From positions 4,060 to 68,059 of IMG/VR virus record IMGVR_UViG_3300037067_018554: a stretch of 64,000 nucleotides of DNA; one strand, written 5' to 3'. A program made the position numbers and the translations under genes. Source of the stretch: a virus. Its lineage: Duplodnaviria > Caudoviricetes. Shown here in pieces: positions 17,669-26,850 of the stretch. How positions within the stretch are numbered: the first letter of the stretch is position 1; each line of letters opens with the position of its first letter. Below the pieces are notes generated by a model. It was not told where the DNA came from. It saw only the letters and a list, made by a program, of their open reading frames with translations, and did no database searches.

Positions 17669-18898
17669 ATGTCCAATGAATTGAAGAGTCGGGTCGCGGA
17701 TATCCTGAAGGCATTCGCGCGGAATGGTCAGGTCGAAAAGGATAAGAAGGTGAAGCTGAAAGACCTTCTTACTACTGCCGACGCTACCATCGCAATGTCC
17801 AAGACGATCTCCACGATCATCAAGGAAGCCATCGAGCCCAAGCTTGTAATCACCCCAATGTTCCAGAAGATTCGTCTGGACTCGGGTACAAGCATTGAGT
17901 TCCCTTCGGCCGGCGCTATGGAAGCCGCTGATATTCCAGAAGGTGGCGAGTACCCCGAGAAAAGCATTGATCTCGACGGTGGAACTGTACTCAACGTAAA
18001 GACCACGAAAGTCGGTCTTCGCGTTGCCATCACCGAAGAAATGATCACTGAGTCGCGGTGGGACCTCGTTGCTATGAATCTTCGCGCAGCTGGTCGTGCA
18101 CTTGCACGGCACAAAGAAGTCAAATGCGCTAATCTGTTCGCCACTATGGGCAACAAGATCTTCGACAACCTCGAAGTATCTGCTGCTGTAGTCGGCGCAA
18201 CCACAGGCCGTGGTATTGCTGGAGCAATCAACGGCGGCATGCACATGGATGACATTTTTGAGCTCCTGGCCTATCTCATGAACTCAGGGTTCAATGGTGA
18301 CACTCTTTTGATGCACCCTCTTTCCTGGATCACTTTTGCAAAGGATCCTATTCTTCGTGAGTTAGCTTGGATGCAGTCCCGCTCCCTCGTGGGTGGCTCG
18401 GTATCCGGCGCTCCTGGCCAGACTGGCTGGGACAAGTCTCCTAACCTAGGTTATCAGACTATGGCCCCCATGCTGACCAACACTGCCACGAACATCCCTG
18501 CCGGGTTGTTCCCATGGCCCCTTAAGGTTCTCATTAGCCCCTACGTTCGCTATACCCCTAAGGGTTCTGCTGTACGTACCATGGCTGGTGCAGTTCCTGG
18601 TGCAGTAACTAACGTAACTGATGGTGATTCGTTAGCTCTCGCACCTCTAACAGACATCTACGCAATTGACTCTGCAGAAGTAGGTGCTCTGGTAGAAAAG
18701 GAATCCATTAGCACGGAGGACTTTAACGACCCTTACCGTGATATTCGCAATACGAAGATCCGCGAGCGTTATGGCTTGGCCCTCTTAAACCAGGGTAAGG
18801 CTGTAGTAGTCGCCCGCAACGTGGTTCTCAGGAACACATACGTGTTCGATAATACGAACACTGTGTCGAGCCTAAGTGAGCCCACGCGCAATATCTAA
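17669..18898 (+). CDS. Major capsid protein (HK97 fold)
   Basis: Strong SD AGGAGG; DIPEGGEYPE, KVGLRVAITEEMI, ALARHKE and RERYGLALL segments typical of HK97-fold MCPs; followed by a strong terminator. Confidence 0.92.
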   Translation: MSNELKSRVADILKAFARNGQVEKDKKVKLKDLLTTADATIAMSKTISTIIKEAIEPKLVITPMFQKIRLDSGTSIEFPSAGAMEAADIPEGGEYPEKSIDLDGGTVLNVKTTKVGLRVAITEEMITESRWDLVAMNLRAAGRALARHKEVKCANLFATMGNKIFDNLEVSAAVVGATTGRGIAGAINGGMHMDDIFELLAYLMNSGFNGDTLLMHPLSWITFAKDPILRELAWMQSRSLVGGSVSGAPGQTGWDKSPNLGYQTMAPMLTNTATNIPAGLFPWPLKVLISPYVRYTPKGSAVRTMAGAVPGAVTNVTDGDSLALAPLTDIYAIDSAEVGALVEKESISTEDFNDPYRDIRNTKIRERYGLALLNQGKAVVVARNVVLRNTYVFDNTNTVSSLSEPTRNI

Positions 18899-18920
18899 GC
18901 CACGGTAGGCTTATAACCAT

Positions 18921-18976
18921 GGCAGGGCAGCCGGCCGGTGGCCTCAAAACCACCAGCCGGCCCCTGTCTTTTTTTT
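18921..18976 (+). terminator. Intrinsic terminator after MCP
   Basis: GC-rich interrupted hairpin (GCAGGG..GCCGGC.GGTGG / CCACC.GCCGGC.CCCTGT) followed by T8. Confidence 0.85.
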
Positions 18977-18987
18977 AGGGGGACAGC

Positions 18988-20382
18988 ATGGCTGAAGTAG
19001 TCTCTACCTCTCCTTATGCAGGTGAGACAGAAGTCTACATAGGCGATACAGTTTCTGTAACGTTCGACGAAAGCATGCGTTCCTCTAGCATTAATGCTAG
19101 AACCTTCGTGGTATATGGACAAGATCTATTACCTCTTGAAGGAACTTATACTTATACAGATGCTACTCTTACTGCCGTCTTCACTCCTAGTTCTCCATTT
19201 CTTACTCGGTCACAATATAATGTAGTTTTAATAGGTAATAGCACGACAGATGGAATACTATGTACTCGGGAGGATGTTTATGGCCCGGTACCTCTACGCG
19301 CTAATTACTCGTTCTACTTTATTACTAACGATGGCCGTTTCGCAGTTGTGCCTAGTGGTATTGTTAATCCTGCTTCTGTGGGCGTCACTTATCCAAGCGG
19401 GGTGACTTATGACACTCCCTTCGCTCTCTTAAGTGTTAGACCCGATCATCGAGAAACAAATATTGACCCATCGGGTGTCTACCTAGATGGGGCCGGGAAT
19501 CCCACTATCCGCATTTGTTTTAATAAGCCTGTTGATATCCTAACAATCGACCCAGACATTTCTGGTATTTGTTTAAATGATGGAATCACAGTTACCATGC
19601 GAGATGTTGACTGGGATCCCTATGTGCCAACCATAGATCTGGTATCCTCAGGCTATTGGGATGTTCTGCTATGGCAAGCAACCCTACGCATGGACCATGC
19701 GAGTGGTCTAGGATTCAACAGAGAGGTCGAGATTTACATTCCATCTACTGTAGCCGGTCTAGATGGGACCACTCTGGGCACTAATTATACCTACTACTTT
19801 ACAACTCAATTCGACCCACTATATATTGGGGCCAACCGTGTACGGTTAGCTTTGGGAGAAATGCTAAATGACGTATCGGATGATACGCTCAATAGATTAA
19901 TACATGTTAACTCATTGCTGGCCAACTGGTATTCTAATGACTATAAGGTTATGATCCAGCCATTTGAAAGTGACGATATTAAAGTTTCAGAACTTAGTGT
20001 AATTCGGCCATCATTTACTGTAGACCCCGTAACCGGAGCACCCCTATACGTTAAAGAGTATGTTCTTGCCAAGACTATGCTGGATATCCTTAAAGCAAAA
20101 TTCTTAGGTGAGATAGACGGCATACTCGTTGGGGGTGGTCCTGGAGCTTCAAAATCATTAGCAGATCTAAAGATCACTCAAGGCGGAATTGATGCCTGGA
20201 GATCTACTTTTGGTCCTCTTATCGATATGCTAGAGGACGACAAGAAACGTCAAGGATCAGTAGCATATTGGAAGTCTTATATCACTGGCGAAGCTAGAAT
20301 GGTATTTGGTCTAATGGCTGTTTGGGGCCAAAGTGATGCTACTGCTCCAGCTTCTGATGCACGCACTAAAGGATTGCCCTAA
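18988..20382 (+). CDS. Head-tail adaptor (neck 1) with N-terminal Ig-like domains
   Basis: VVSTSP...VSVTFDESM (Big_5/SbsA-like Ig pattern, repeated at LLSVRP...IRICFNKPVD); helical C-terminal connector-like region; follows MCP. Confidence 0.7.
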   Translation: MAEVVSTSPYAGETEVYIGDTVSVTFDESMRSSSINARTFVVYGQDLLPLEGTYTYTDATLTAVFTPSSPFLTRSQYNVVLIGNSTTDGILCTREDVYGPVPLRANYSFYFITNDGRFAVVPSGIVNPASVGVTYPSGVTYDTPFALLSVRPDHRETNIDPSGVYLDGAGNPTIRICFNKPVDILTIDPDISGICLNDGITVTMRDVDWDPYVPTIDLVSSGYWDVLLWQATLRMDHASGLGFNREVEIYIPSTVAGLDGTTLGTNYTYYFTTQFDPLYIGANRVRLALGEMLNDVSDDTLNRLIHVNSLLANWYSNDYKVMIQPFESDDIKVSELSVIRPSFTVDPVTGAPLYVKEYVLAKTMLDILKAKFLGEIDGILVGGGPGASKSLADLKITQGGIDAWRSTFGPLIDMLEDDKKRQGSVAYWKSYITGEARMVFGLMAVWGQSDATAPASDARTKGLP

Positions 20383-20969
20383 TGGCTGATATGTGGCCCG
20401 GCTCATCTACTACTAGAACTCAACGAGCGTTCTTTAGTAATGGAACGCCCGCCACTATATCTGGGCCCACCCATATTGATTTAAGAGAAGGGCTGCAAAG
20501 AATATTATTCGGGGATTCAGGAAATCCCCCAGAAGGTCACTACGTCGTAATTCGTAAGATGGTCGATGTGTGCCCCTGTGTAATAGAGGAAATAGGACAG
20601 TCGTACCGCAAGCCAGATCCCAAATGTTCCGTCTGCAGAGGGGAAGGCTATACGTACACTGACTCTCTAGCCACAGCGTGGCGCGCCCCCATTGTTGCTT
20701 ATAGTCAAAACCTTGGAAGCATGAACTATGGAGACCCTGGTATTGCTAAGAATATAGGGTTTGCCTTCTACTTCCAACACGATATCTCTATCAGTGAAAA
20801 AGATAAGATATTCGAGACTAATCTAAGCACAGAGGGTGTGTTGCCCGCTCAACCTCTAACACAAGCTAATTTCGTCGAAAAATACCGAATTGTACAGATT
20901 ATTAATTATCGAGCAGATAATGGCCGTCTAGAATTCAAACAAGTAATAGTAGACCGCGAAGAATTTTAA
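20382..20969 (+). CDS. Head-closure (neck 2) protein
   Basis: Position after the adaptor; CPC...CSVCRGEGY Zn-binding loop; beta-rich body. Confidence 0.6.
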   Translation: MADMWPGSSTTRTQRAFFSNGTPATISGPTHIDLREGLQRILFGDSGNPPEGHYVVIRKMVDVCPCVIEEIGQSYRKPDPKCSVCRGEGYTYTDSLATAWRAPIVAYSQNLGSMNYGDPGIAKNIGFAFYFQHDISISEKDKIFETNLSTEGVLPAQPLTQANFVEKYRIVQIINYRADNGRLEFKQVIVDREEF

Positions 20970-20971
20970 CA

Positions 20972-21061
20972 AAAGGATTTAATGGACTTAATGTGCCATG
21001 GAATCTTCAGGTTTTACCAGCTCAGATTAATATCAGCAAAAGCAATAAATTATTAGTATAA
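20972..21061 (+). pseudogene. Relic C-terminus of an HNH endonuclease
   Basis: The intergenic frame reads KGFNGLNVPWNLQVLPAQINISKSNKLLV*, matching the GLHVPWNLQ.L...N..K.NK tail of phage HNH nucleases; no start codon and no first His. Confidence 0.7.
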
Positions 21062-21089
21062 ATTACTTGAGAAAAACAAGAGTGAAGCA

Positions 21090-21103
21090 ATTATAATATA
21101 TAG
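21090..21103 (+). promoter_or_regulatory. Candidate late promoter ATTATAATATATAG
   Basis: Exact 14-mer also present intergenically at 60355-60368; SD GGAG and GTG start follow. Confidence 0.55.
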
Positions 21104-21115
21104 GGAGTCTCTAGG

Positions 21116-21994
21116 GTGAGCCTCTTTTTAGGAACTGAAAATCTAAACAACGGTATCACCCCGACAGAAATCGACAGTGAAACCTATCCCATAACGCCAA
21201 GGCTAAAAGCGGATAGGCATGGAACACTGAGAGACTTCACACTGGTGATGCTACGGGCTTTTGCATACTACCAGGAAAAAATTAAGAAGAAGGCCCGTGA
21301 TACGTGGATCCCTATTTTACATGGACATCCACACCAAAAAATTAAAGACGCTGGGTATGTCAAGCAACTCCGTAACCCTGACGATTGTTACCATGTCCAG
21401 CCTTTCTGTGAACTGATAACGTACGACCTTCAGTTGCAAGCTCCACAGGGCATGCACAAAGCTTTTGGTGCCGAGAAGCTACGCAACTGGCAGTTCAGAG
21501 AAAGAATTAGAGACCAACGATATCCAGATGTGTCTTATGACGTAATGGCCAGGACACACGACAACCTAATAAGGTTTAACTGCTGGGCCTCTAATGGAAG
21601 ATCCGCAGATTGGTTAGCAGACTTTTTCAAAGAATTTACAGTCTGGATGACCGGATCCATCATGCGGCAAGGTTTTGGAAAGTTTATGTTTGTCGAAAGA
21701 GGCATAGACGAAAATATTCCAAAATGGCGAGATGATATAGCAGTTAGAACTCTACAATACTATTTAAGAACTGAAGAGCATTGGTTAATACCAAACGTAG
21801 ACATTACGGCTCTTAGCAAAGAAATAAGTATAGACTATACAGCAATAAATGACTTTGATAGCTATACACGTTCTATAGTATACAGTGTGGCCTCGGGGGT
21901 ATTCCCCTCGGGGATAGATGGTTCAACAGTACCAGATTATTCCGGGGTAACAAACTTAGGATACACGACTTACCTGGAAGGGTACCAACGCTAG
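21116..21994 (+). CDS. Tail completion / terminator protein
   Basis: Position between neck and sheath; alpha/beta pattern (IRFNCWASNGRSADWLADFF). Inferred from synteny. Confidence 0.6.
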   Translation: MSLFLGTENLNNGITPTEIDSETYPITPRLKADRHGTLRDFTLVMLRAFAYYQEKIKKKARDTWIPILHGHPHQKIKDAGYVKQLRNPDDCYHVQPFCELITYDLQLQAPQGMHKAFGAEKLRNWQFRERIRDQRYPDVSYDVMARTHDNLIRFNCWASNGRSADWLADFFKEFTVWMTGSIMRQGFGKFMFVERGIDENIPKWRDDIAVRTLQYYLRTEEHWLIPNVDITALSKEISIDYTAINDFDSYTRSIVYSVASGVFPSGIDGSTVPDYSGVTNLGYTTYLEGYQR

Positions 21995-22006
21995 GAGGCT
22001 ATTTCG

Positions 22007-23446
22007 ATGAGCTTAACTCAATTCCTGCCAGCATTCGAAACTGAACTGGTAGACGGCGGCTTAATGGTAGAAGACAACACTATTATCAGTGATGTCGTTC
22101 TACTTATTGGGTTCTCCGCAATTGGTAACACAGCAGATGCCAATTATATCAATACCCCTATCAAAATCAACCGCCCTGATGCTGCAGATTCGATTTATGG
22201 AACAGCGCAGAATGGTTCATCCCTTACTCGTGGTGTTTATGAAGCACGCAATGGACAAGCCAACCAGATTGTAGCGGTTAGTTTAGGTCCTTGGGGCTCA
22301 GCTACCTATACTAACCCAACCACGGGTGTAGTATCCCAAATTTTCACACTCAATCCAGGTGGATCTGCTACCAAACCATCAGATTATACCATCAATACGA
22401 CCAACTACTATGCAGCTCTTGAGAATCTATATGACTTGCTAGAAAATAGCACAGCGGCCGACATTATAGTCCCTATCGACGCCGACGCTTTCGATACTGT
22501 TACCGTTAATACTCGTACAACTAACTTTGCCTATCAGCTAGCTTTCCATTTGGCTGATATGTCTACAGAAGATAACGAGTGTATGGGGATGATCAAAGTA
22601 CATCCCTGCGGTTCTGGTACGCTTACCGTAGTCCGCGACTATATCGGCACTGAACCAAGCAAGAATGCCCTAGGCCAGATCGATATCAATGGTGACGGTC
22701 TATTAGGTGAAGAGTGGGCCATGGGAGCATCGGGTACTACATTCGCTGCGGTCGCTCCTGGTTATTTCCGTAGCAACTTCGCTACTACTTCTAACTATTA
22801 TGGTCTTCCTCCTGTTGCTAGCAATGAAATCGAGGTAGACAGGCGCAACAACCCAGTAGATATCGGGAAATACATCTCTGTTGTAGCTGCAGAGCCTATT
22901 TTCCCTGCAGGAGCATATGCTTCTGGTTACTCGGGCACGGGAGAGTGCATCTACGCTGGTGTCGTGTCAAGACTACCAGTCAAGTCTGCACCAACAGGCA
23001 AGATCGTACCTTCTATTACTGGACTACTCTATGATCTTTCCAAGAGTCAGTTAGAGTCTATGACTGAGGCTCGTTATGTAACCTTCCGCAGAAATCGGCG
23101 CGGCATTGTAGTAACCGATGGTTGCACTGCTTCTAGAGCAACTTCGGACTACAATCGTCTTTCGACTATGCGGATCGTGATGGCGCTCTCGAAGGTCCTA
23201 CGCAACGTAGGCGAGCTCTATATTGGTGAGGGGAACTCTCCTGAAATGCTCAACTCCCTCAAGTCGGCCATCAAAGCTAAGTTCGAGGCCTTTGTCAAGG
23301 ATGGAGCAATTAAGAACTACGTGTTCGATGTAGTTCAAAGCTCCATCGACGCAGCTGCCGGTATCGTGAGCATTCCTATCGAAATCGTTCCTGCCCTTGA
23401 GGTACGGCGAATCAAACTCGTCGTTAACCTCAGGTCAGCTCTATAA
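22007..23446 (+). CDS. Contractile tail sheath protein
   Basis: Strong SD; C-terminal sheath domain DYNRLSTMRIV...IEIVPALEVRRIKLVV; precedes the tube gene. Confidence 0.92.
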   Translation: MSLTQFLPAFETELVDGGLMVEDNTIISDVVLLIGFSAIGNTADANYINTPIKINRPDAADSIYGTAQNGSSLTRGVYEARNGQANQIVAVSLGPWGSATYTNPTTGVVSQIFTLNPGGSATKPSDYTINTTNYYAALENLYDLLENSTAADIIVPIDADAFDTVTVNTRTTNFAYQLAFHLADMSTEDNECMGMIKVHPCGSGTLTVVRDYIGTEPSKNALGQIDINGDGLLGEEWAMGASGTTFAAVAPGYFRSNFATTSNYYGLPPVASNEIEVDRRNNPVDIGKYISVVAAEPIFPAGAYASGYSGTGECIYAGVVSRLPVKSAPTGKIVPSITGLLYDLSKSQLESMTEARYVTFRRNRRGIVVTDGCTASRATSDYNRLSTMRIVMALSKVLRNVGELYIGEGNSPEMLNSLKSAIKAKFEAFVKDGAIKNYVFDVVQSSIDAAAGIVSIPIEIVPALEVRRIKLVVNLRSAL

Positions 23447-23465
23447 GTAAAGGAGTTGTGCCAAC

Positions 23466-24113
23466 ATGGCTGATTTAACCACTAGCCCTTTCACTAGGAC
23501 ATATACCTCATTCTCGGGATGCGATATTGTAGCAACTTTTGACAATATCCGCATCGGTGAGATTCAGGGTATTTCCTACTCTATCACTAGAGAGAAGGCA
23601 CCCGTCTATACGATGGGATCTGCTGACCCACGATCTTTTAGCCGTGGGAAACGCGGAATTGCAGGGTCCATGGTGTTCACCATGTTTGACCGGCATGCTC
23701 TACATCAGATCATGGAACAGAGCTCTTATGTTGCCAAATCTGATGAGAATATTTTGCGTGTGCGTTCAGGTCTTACCGCACAGTCTGTAGACCGGGTTGA
23801 CCAGTCGGTAATTGCACGCCTAAGTCGTCCGGTTTATGCAGATCAGATCCCACCTTTTGATATCACATTGACTGGTGCTAACGAATATGGTCAGATCACT
23901 TCCATGACCATCTTCGGAGCAGAAATCCTCAATGAAGGATCGGGAATCTCCGTAGATGATATTGTCAACGAGCTTGCAGTAACTTTCGTGGCTCGTTACG
24001 TGCAGTCGTGGGCTCCCTACTCAGCTAGCAACCAGGATATTGATATCCTGGCATTGGGTGGGTCTGTTGATCTACGTCTAATTCCTGAGCTAGTAGAAAC
24101 CAATCGTCCTTAA
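23466..24113 (+). CDS. Major tail tube protein
   Basis: Follows sheath; TSFSGCDI...GISYSITREKAPVY...RGKRGIAGSMVF pattern; SD AAGGAG. Confidence 0.85.
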   Translation: MADLTTSPFTRTYTSFSGCDIVATFDNIRIGEIQGISYSITREKAPVYTMGSADPRSFSRGKRGIAGSMVFTMFDRHALHQIMEQSSYVAKSDENILRVRSGLTAQSVDRVDQSVIARLSRPVYADQIPPFDITLTGANEYGQITSMTIFGAEILNEGSGISVDDIVNELAVTFVARYVQSWAPYSASNQDIDILALGGSVDLRLIPELVETNRP

Positions 24114-24129
24114 TCTTCTCTAGCTCCTC

Positions 24130-24172
24130 AGTCGGATAAGCGGCTCTGCCCGCCCCAGGGCCGCTCCCGACT
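24130..24172 (+). promoter_or_regulatory. GC-rich hairpin without U-tract after the tube gene
   Basis: AGTCGGA..GCGGC.CTG / CAG.GCCGC.TCCCGACT stem, just upstream of the SD of the next gene. Confidence 0.5.
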
Positions 24173-24190
24173 TCCCACCTCGGAGTAGCA

Positions 24191-24889
24191 ATGGATTTAT
24201 TCTCGTCTTTACTAGAACCTAACCAATATTACGCTAACGATGGGTCTCAAGTAGGTTATGGGAACATTATACGTCGAGATCATACCTCGGAATATCTTCG
24301 GACTAATACCTCATTTTCCGGATGCGATATTACCGCAATAGTCAATCGTCCCGAAGCCAATCCCGTACGTCTTGGTAATCTTTCTACTATTACATACTCT
24401 ATCCATAGAGAGAAATACCCAGTCAGAGCTGTGGGACTAACTAACCCGAAGGGCTTTACTAGAGGCCCGAGGACCATTGCTGGCACGTGTATCTTCACGG
24501 TACTCAATAAGCATGCCCTATACGAATTAAGAGAAGACAAGGCTGGCACCGACAATGATAGCCAAAAAGGATTTGAGCCCTATAATCTATCTGATCAAAT
24601 AGTCCCAATAGATATTGTGATCGTTTTCACCAATGAAATGGGCGTACTATCCAAAATGACTATCTATGGTGTAGAATTTGTGGACGAGGGCATGGTAATG
24701 TCCATTAATGATATCTATACTGAAAGCACTCACAGTTATGTTGCGGCAGGGATTGATCTAATGCACCCGGGCGGGGAAACTATGACAAACGCCGTAGCTA
24801 ACCGCTGGACTGATGGAAGTTTTACCTTCAATACCTTCTACAATAGACTAGAGCCTAACTGGCGTCCAGCACCTAGGGTATTCTTCTAG
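24191..24889 (+). CDS. Tube-fold paralogue (tube initiator, T4 gp48/gp54-like role)
   Basis: TSFSGCDI and RGPRTIAGTCIF closely parallel the major tube protein. Confidence 0.75.
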   Translation: MDLFSSLLEPNQYYANDGSQVGYGNIIRRDHTSEYLRTNTSFSGCDITAIVNRPEANPVRLGNLSTITYSIHREKYPVRAVGLTNPKGFTRGPRTIAGTCIFTVLNKHALYELREDKAGTDNDSQKGFEPYNLSDQIVPIDIVIVFTNEMGVLSKMTIYGVEFVDEGMVMSINDIYTESTHSYVAAGIDLMHPGGETMTNAVANRWTDGSFTFNTFYNRLEPNWRPAPRVFF

Positions 24890-25517
24890 TGTGTTTTTTA
24901 CGATATGCTAAAATCTCAATTGATACCAACTGAGTATAATCAAAGCGGCTCTTGAATGTGAATGAGCTATCAAAAGGCGTCTTGTTGGTATCTGTGGGAC
25001 GCCAAGCAAAATAATATCCCCTATCATATAATCTAGGTGTTTGAGCTCTCCACCATGACGTTAGGTCAGCTATCTCTGATTGGTTATATCCTTTAATGAT
25101 AGTTCTAGGCCCATACCCCATAAGTAAATATCTAGCTCCAAAAACATGGCACATCATTAGAGAGATATATGACATCCTGGCCTGGATCTCCTGTTGCCGA
25201 CGTAGGGGTTCAGAACAATACTGAGGAGTTAAATAAAACCACTCTGTAAGTTCATTAGTACAACGCTTGGTTGGGTATCCATTTATCTCATATTTATCAT
25301 CGTGGGAAATAATGGTGCTAAATACTGCTCCTTGGTACTCGGACAATTTATTGGGCAAGGGATTCTCGGGTAGGGATATTTGATCAAGGTTTACGTAAAT
25401 ACCGTCCATTTTATACTGTGGTTTTTGGACTACATCACGCAAATCCACATGTAGATAAACCTGGGCCTGTACTGTAGTGGTAAGAAATGTTATAATAATA
25501 AGCAGGATATGTTTCAT
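24873..25517 (-). CDS. Secreted/envelope protein (moron) with Sec signal peptide; start revised to 25517
   Basis: MKHILLIIITFLTTTVQA|QVY; SD GAGG 5 nt upstream on the - strand; only credible - strand gene in the window. Confidence 0.75.
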   Translation of the reverse strand: MKHILLIIITFLTTTVQAQVYLHVDLRDVVQKPQYKMDGIYVNLDQISLPENPLPNKLSEYQGAVFSTIISHDDKYEINGYPTKRCTNELTEWFYLTPQYCSEPLRRQQEIQARMSYISLMMCHVFGARYLLMGYGPRTIIKGYNQSEIADLTSWWRAQTPRLYDRGYYFAWRPTDTNKTPFDSSFTFKSRFDYTQLVSIEILAYRKKHTRRIP

Positions 25518-25547
25518 AAGTGCCTCACAAGTTCCTTTACTAAATTC

Positions 25548-25576
25548 AATATATACCCTAGCCTGGAATAAGTCAA
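25548..25576 (-). promoter_or_regulatory. Sigma70-type promoter for the antisense moron
   Basis: On the - strand: TTGACT (25576-25571), 17-nt spacer, TATATT (25553-25548). Confidence 0.7.
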
Positions 25577-26395
25577 GTGTCCATTCCCTATAATCTAACA
25601 ACCAATAAAGGCACTAAATATAATGTGCCTCCTGTAACTGACAAGTCCTTAATGGACTCCAGGCTGGCAGCTACAGAAGCTTTTAGCCAATACTATTCTG
25701 GGAACCAAGTAGCCCTTTATATAGGTGATACGTGGCTCGACGACATATCTTTTGTCCAGTATCAACTGACACAAAATAAGCGTCCATTTTGGGGCTATAA
25801 ATCCCAGCAGTTTGATACGGTAGCTAAAGGTACCCAGCTAGTCTCAGGAATGTTCTCGGTTAACTTTAAACATACCAACTATCTTAATATTGTCGTAACA
25901 GCTTATCTTGACAAAACGAGAGCTGTATCGCCAACTAATATTGACGAAGGTAAGCTTCAGGAGTATATTAATATAATGCATGATGATCCGACCGCTCTGG
26001 CAGAACTTAGTATCCAGAACCCCGCGCTTCTGACAGATCGGCAGATAGCTGATATTGATAAGACTACAGACTCTACAAAGATGGAGTTACTAAAACAATA
26101 CTTCTGGGGAGAACATAAGGCACCAGAGATTATTGCCACAGATAATCTGCCACTTTTTGATATTGTTGTATATTTTGGAGCTTTTGATACCAGAAATAGG
26201 TATATGGCTCAAGAGACAGAGCGATCGCTACACACGATGCGCACCATCACAGGGGTTAGCATCACGGGGCACTCTATGCAATACGCACCCACTGGAGAAC
26301 CCGTACAGGAAGTATTTACATTTATTGCTCGAGCAGTAAATACTCCAGTTACAAGACGGGTGCTATCACAAGAACCTTTAACGCTTAAGCGTTAG
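25577..26395 (+). CDS. Third tube-fold paralogue (baseplate-proximal tube protein)
   Basis: YYSGNQV...VQYQLTQNKRPFWGY...VAKGTQLVSGMFSVNF parallels the tube motifs; ends with VQEVFTFIAR. Confidence 0.7.
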   Translation: MSIPYNLTTNKGTKYNVPPVTDKSLMDSRLAATEAFSQYYSGNQVALYIGDTWLDDISFVQYQLTQNKRPFWGYKSQQFDTVAKGTQLVSGMFSVNFKHTNYLNIVVTAYLDKTRAVSPTNIDEGKLQEYINIMHDDPTALAELSIQNPALLTDRQIADIDKTTDSTKMELLKQYFWGEHKAPEIIATDNLPLFDIVVYFGAFDTRNRYMAQETERSLHTMRTITGVSITGHSMQYAPTGEPVQEVFTFIARAVNTPVTRRVLSQEPLTLKR

Positions 26396-26420
26396 GGAAA
26401 TTATTTAAGGAGAAATAGAA

Positions 26421-26786
26421 ATGGCAGACGAGAAAGTCAAGGGCGGGCCAACATCTGAGGAGTTGGCAGAGCTACAGAAGAAATATGGCAAGTGTTTCAA
26501 AATCTCATTCTCCGAGACCGATGTGTTCATCGTGCGCCGGCTGAAGAGATTTGAGCACCGCAATATCCTGCGTGAAGTCCAGGAAATCATGAAGGCTAAC
26601 CAGCAAGACCCCCAGTTAGCTTCCGTAGCCCAGGAAGAGAAGATCGTAACTGCAGGTCTAGTCTGGCCGGCAATTGCGGACCCTGCATATTGGGCAAGTT
26701 CACCAGCGGGGTTCATGCCTAGCCTAGCTCAGACGATTATGGAAATATCCGGATTCACGGATCAATTCAAAATCGATGAGCTTTAA
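26421..26786 (+). CDS. Tail assembly chaperone
   Basis: Small protein with strong SD between tube genes and tape measure; ELQKKYGK...FIVRRLKRFE pattern. Confidence 0.7.
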   Translation: MADEKVKGGPTSEELAELQKKYGKCFKISFSETDVFIVRRLKRFEHRNILREVQEIMKANQQDPQLASVAQEEKIVTAGLVWPAIADPAYWASSPAGFMPSLAQTIMEISGFTDQFKIDEL

Positions 26787-26801
26787 ACCTAGTTAATCTA
26801 T

Positions 26802-26832
26802 AGGGGGCTGGGTATATCCTGGCCCCCTTTTT
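26802..26832 (+). terminator. Intrinsic terminator between the two chaperone genes
   Basis: AGGGGGCTGGG / CCTGGCCCCCT stem (two G-U pairs) followed by a T tract. Confidence 0.8.
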
Positions 26833-26850
26833 ATTTGGAGAAAACCATTC

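Noticed and set aside
25518-25601. Track's upstream start (25601) for the antisense gene
   Set aside because: It would overlap the next + gene and its own promoter; the SD and signal peptide support ATG at 25517.
26776-26800. TTTAAAC slippery heptamer at the end of chaperone 1
   Set aside because: It is out of the X XXY YYZ register, and both shifted frames hit stops within a few codons, before the next gene.
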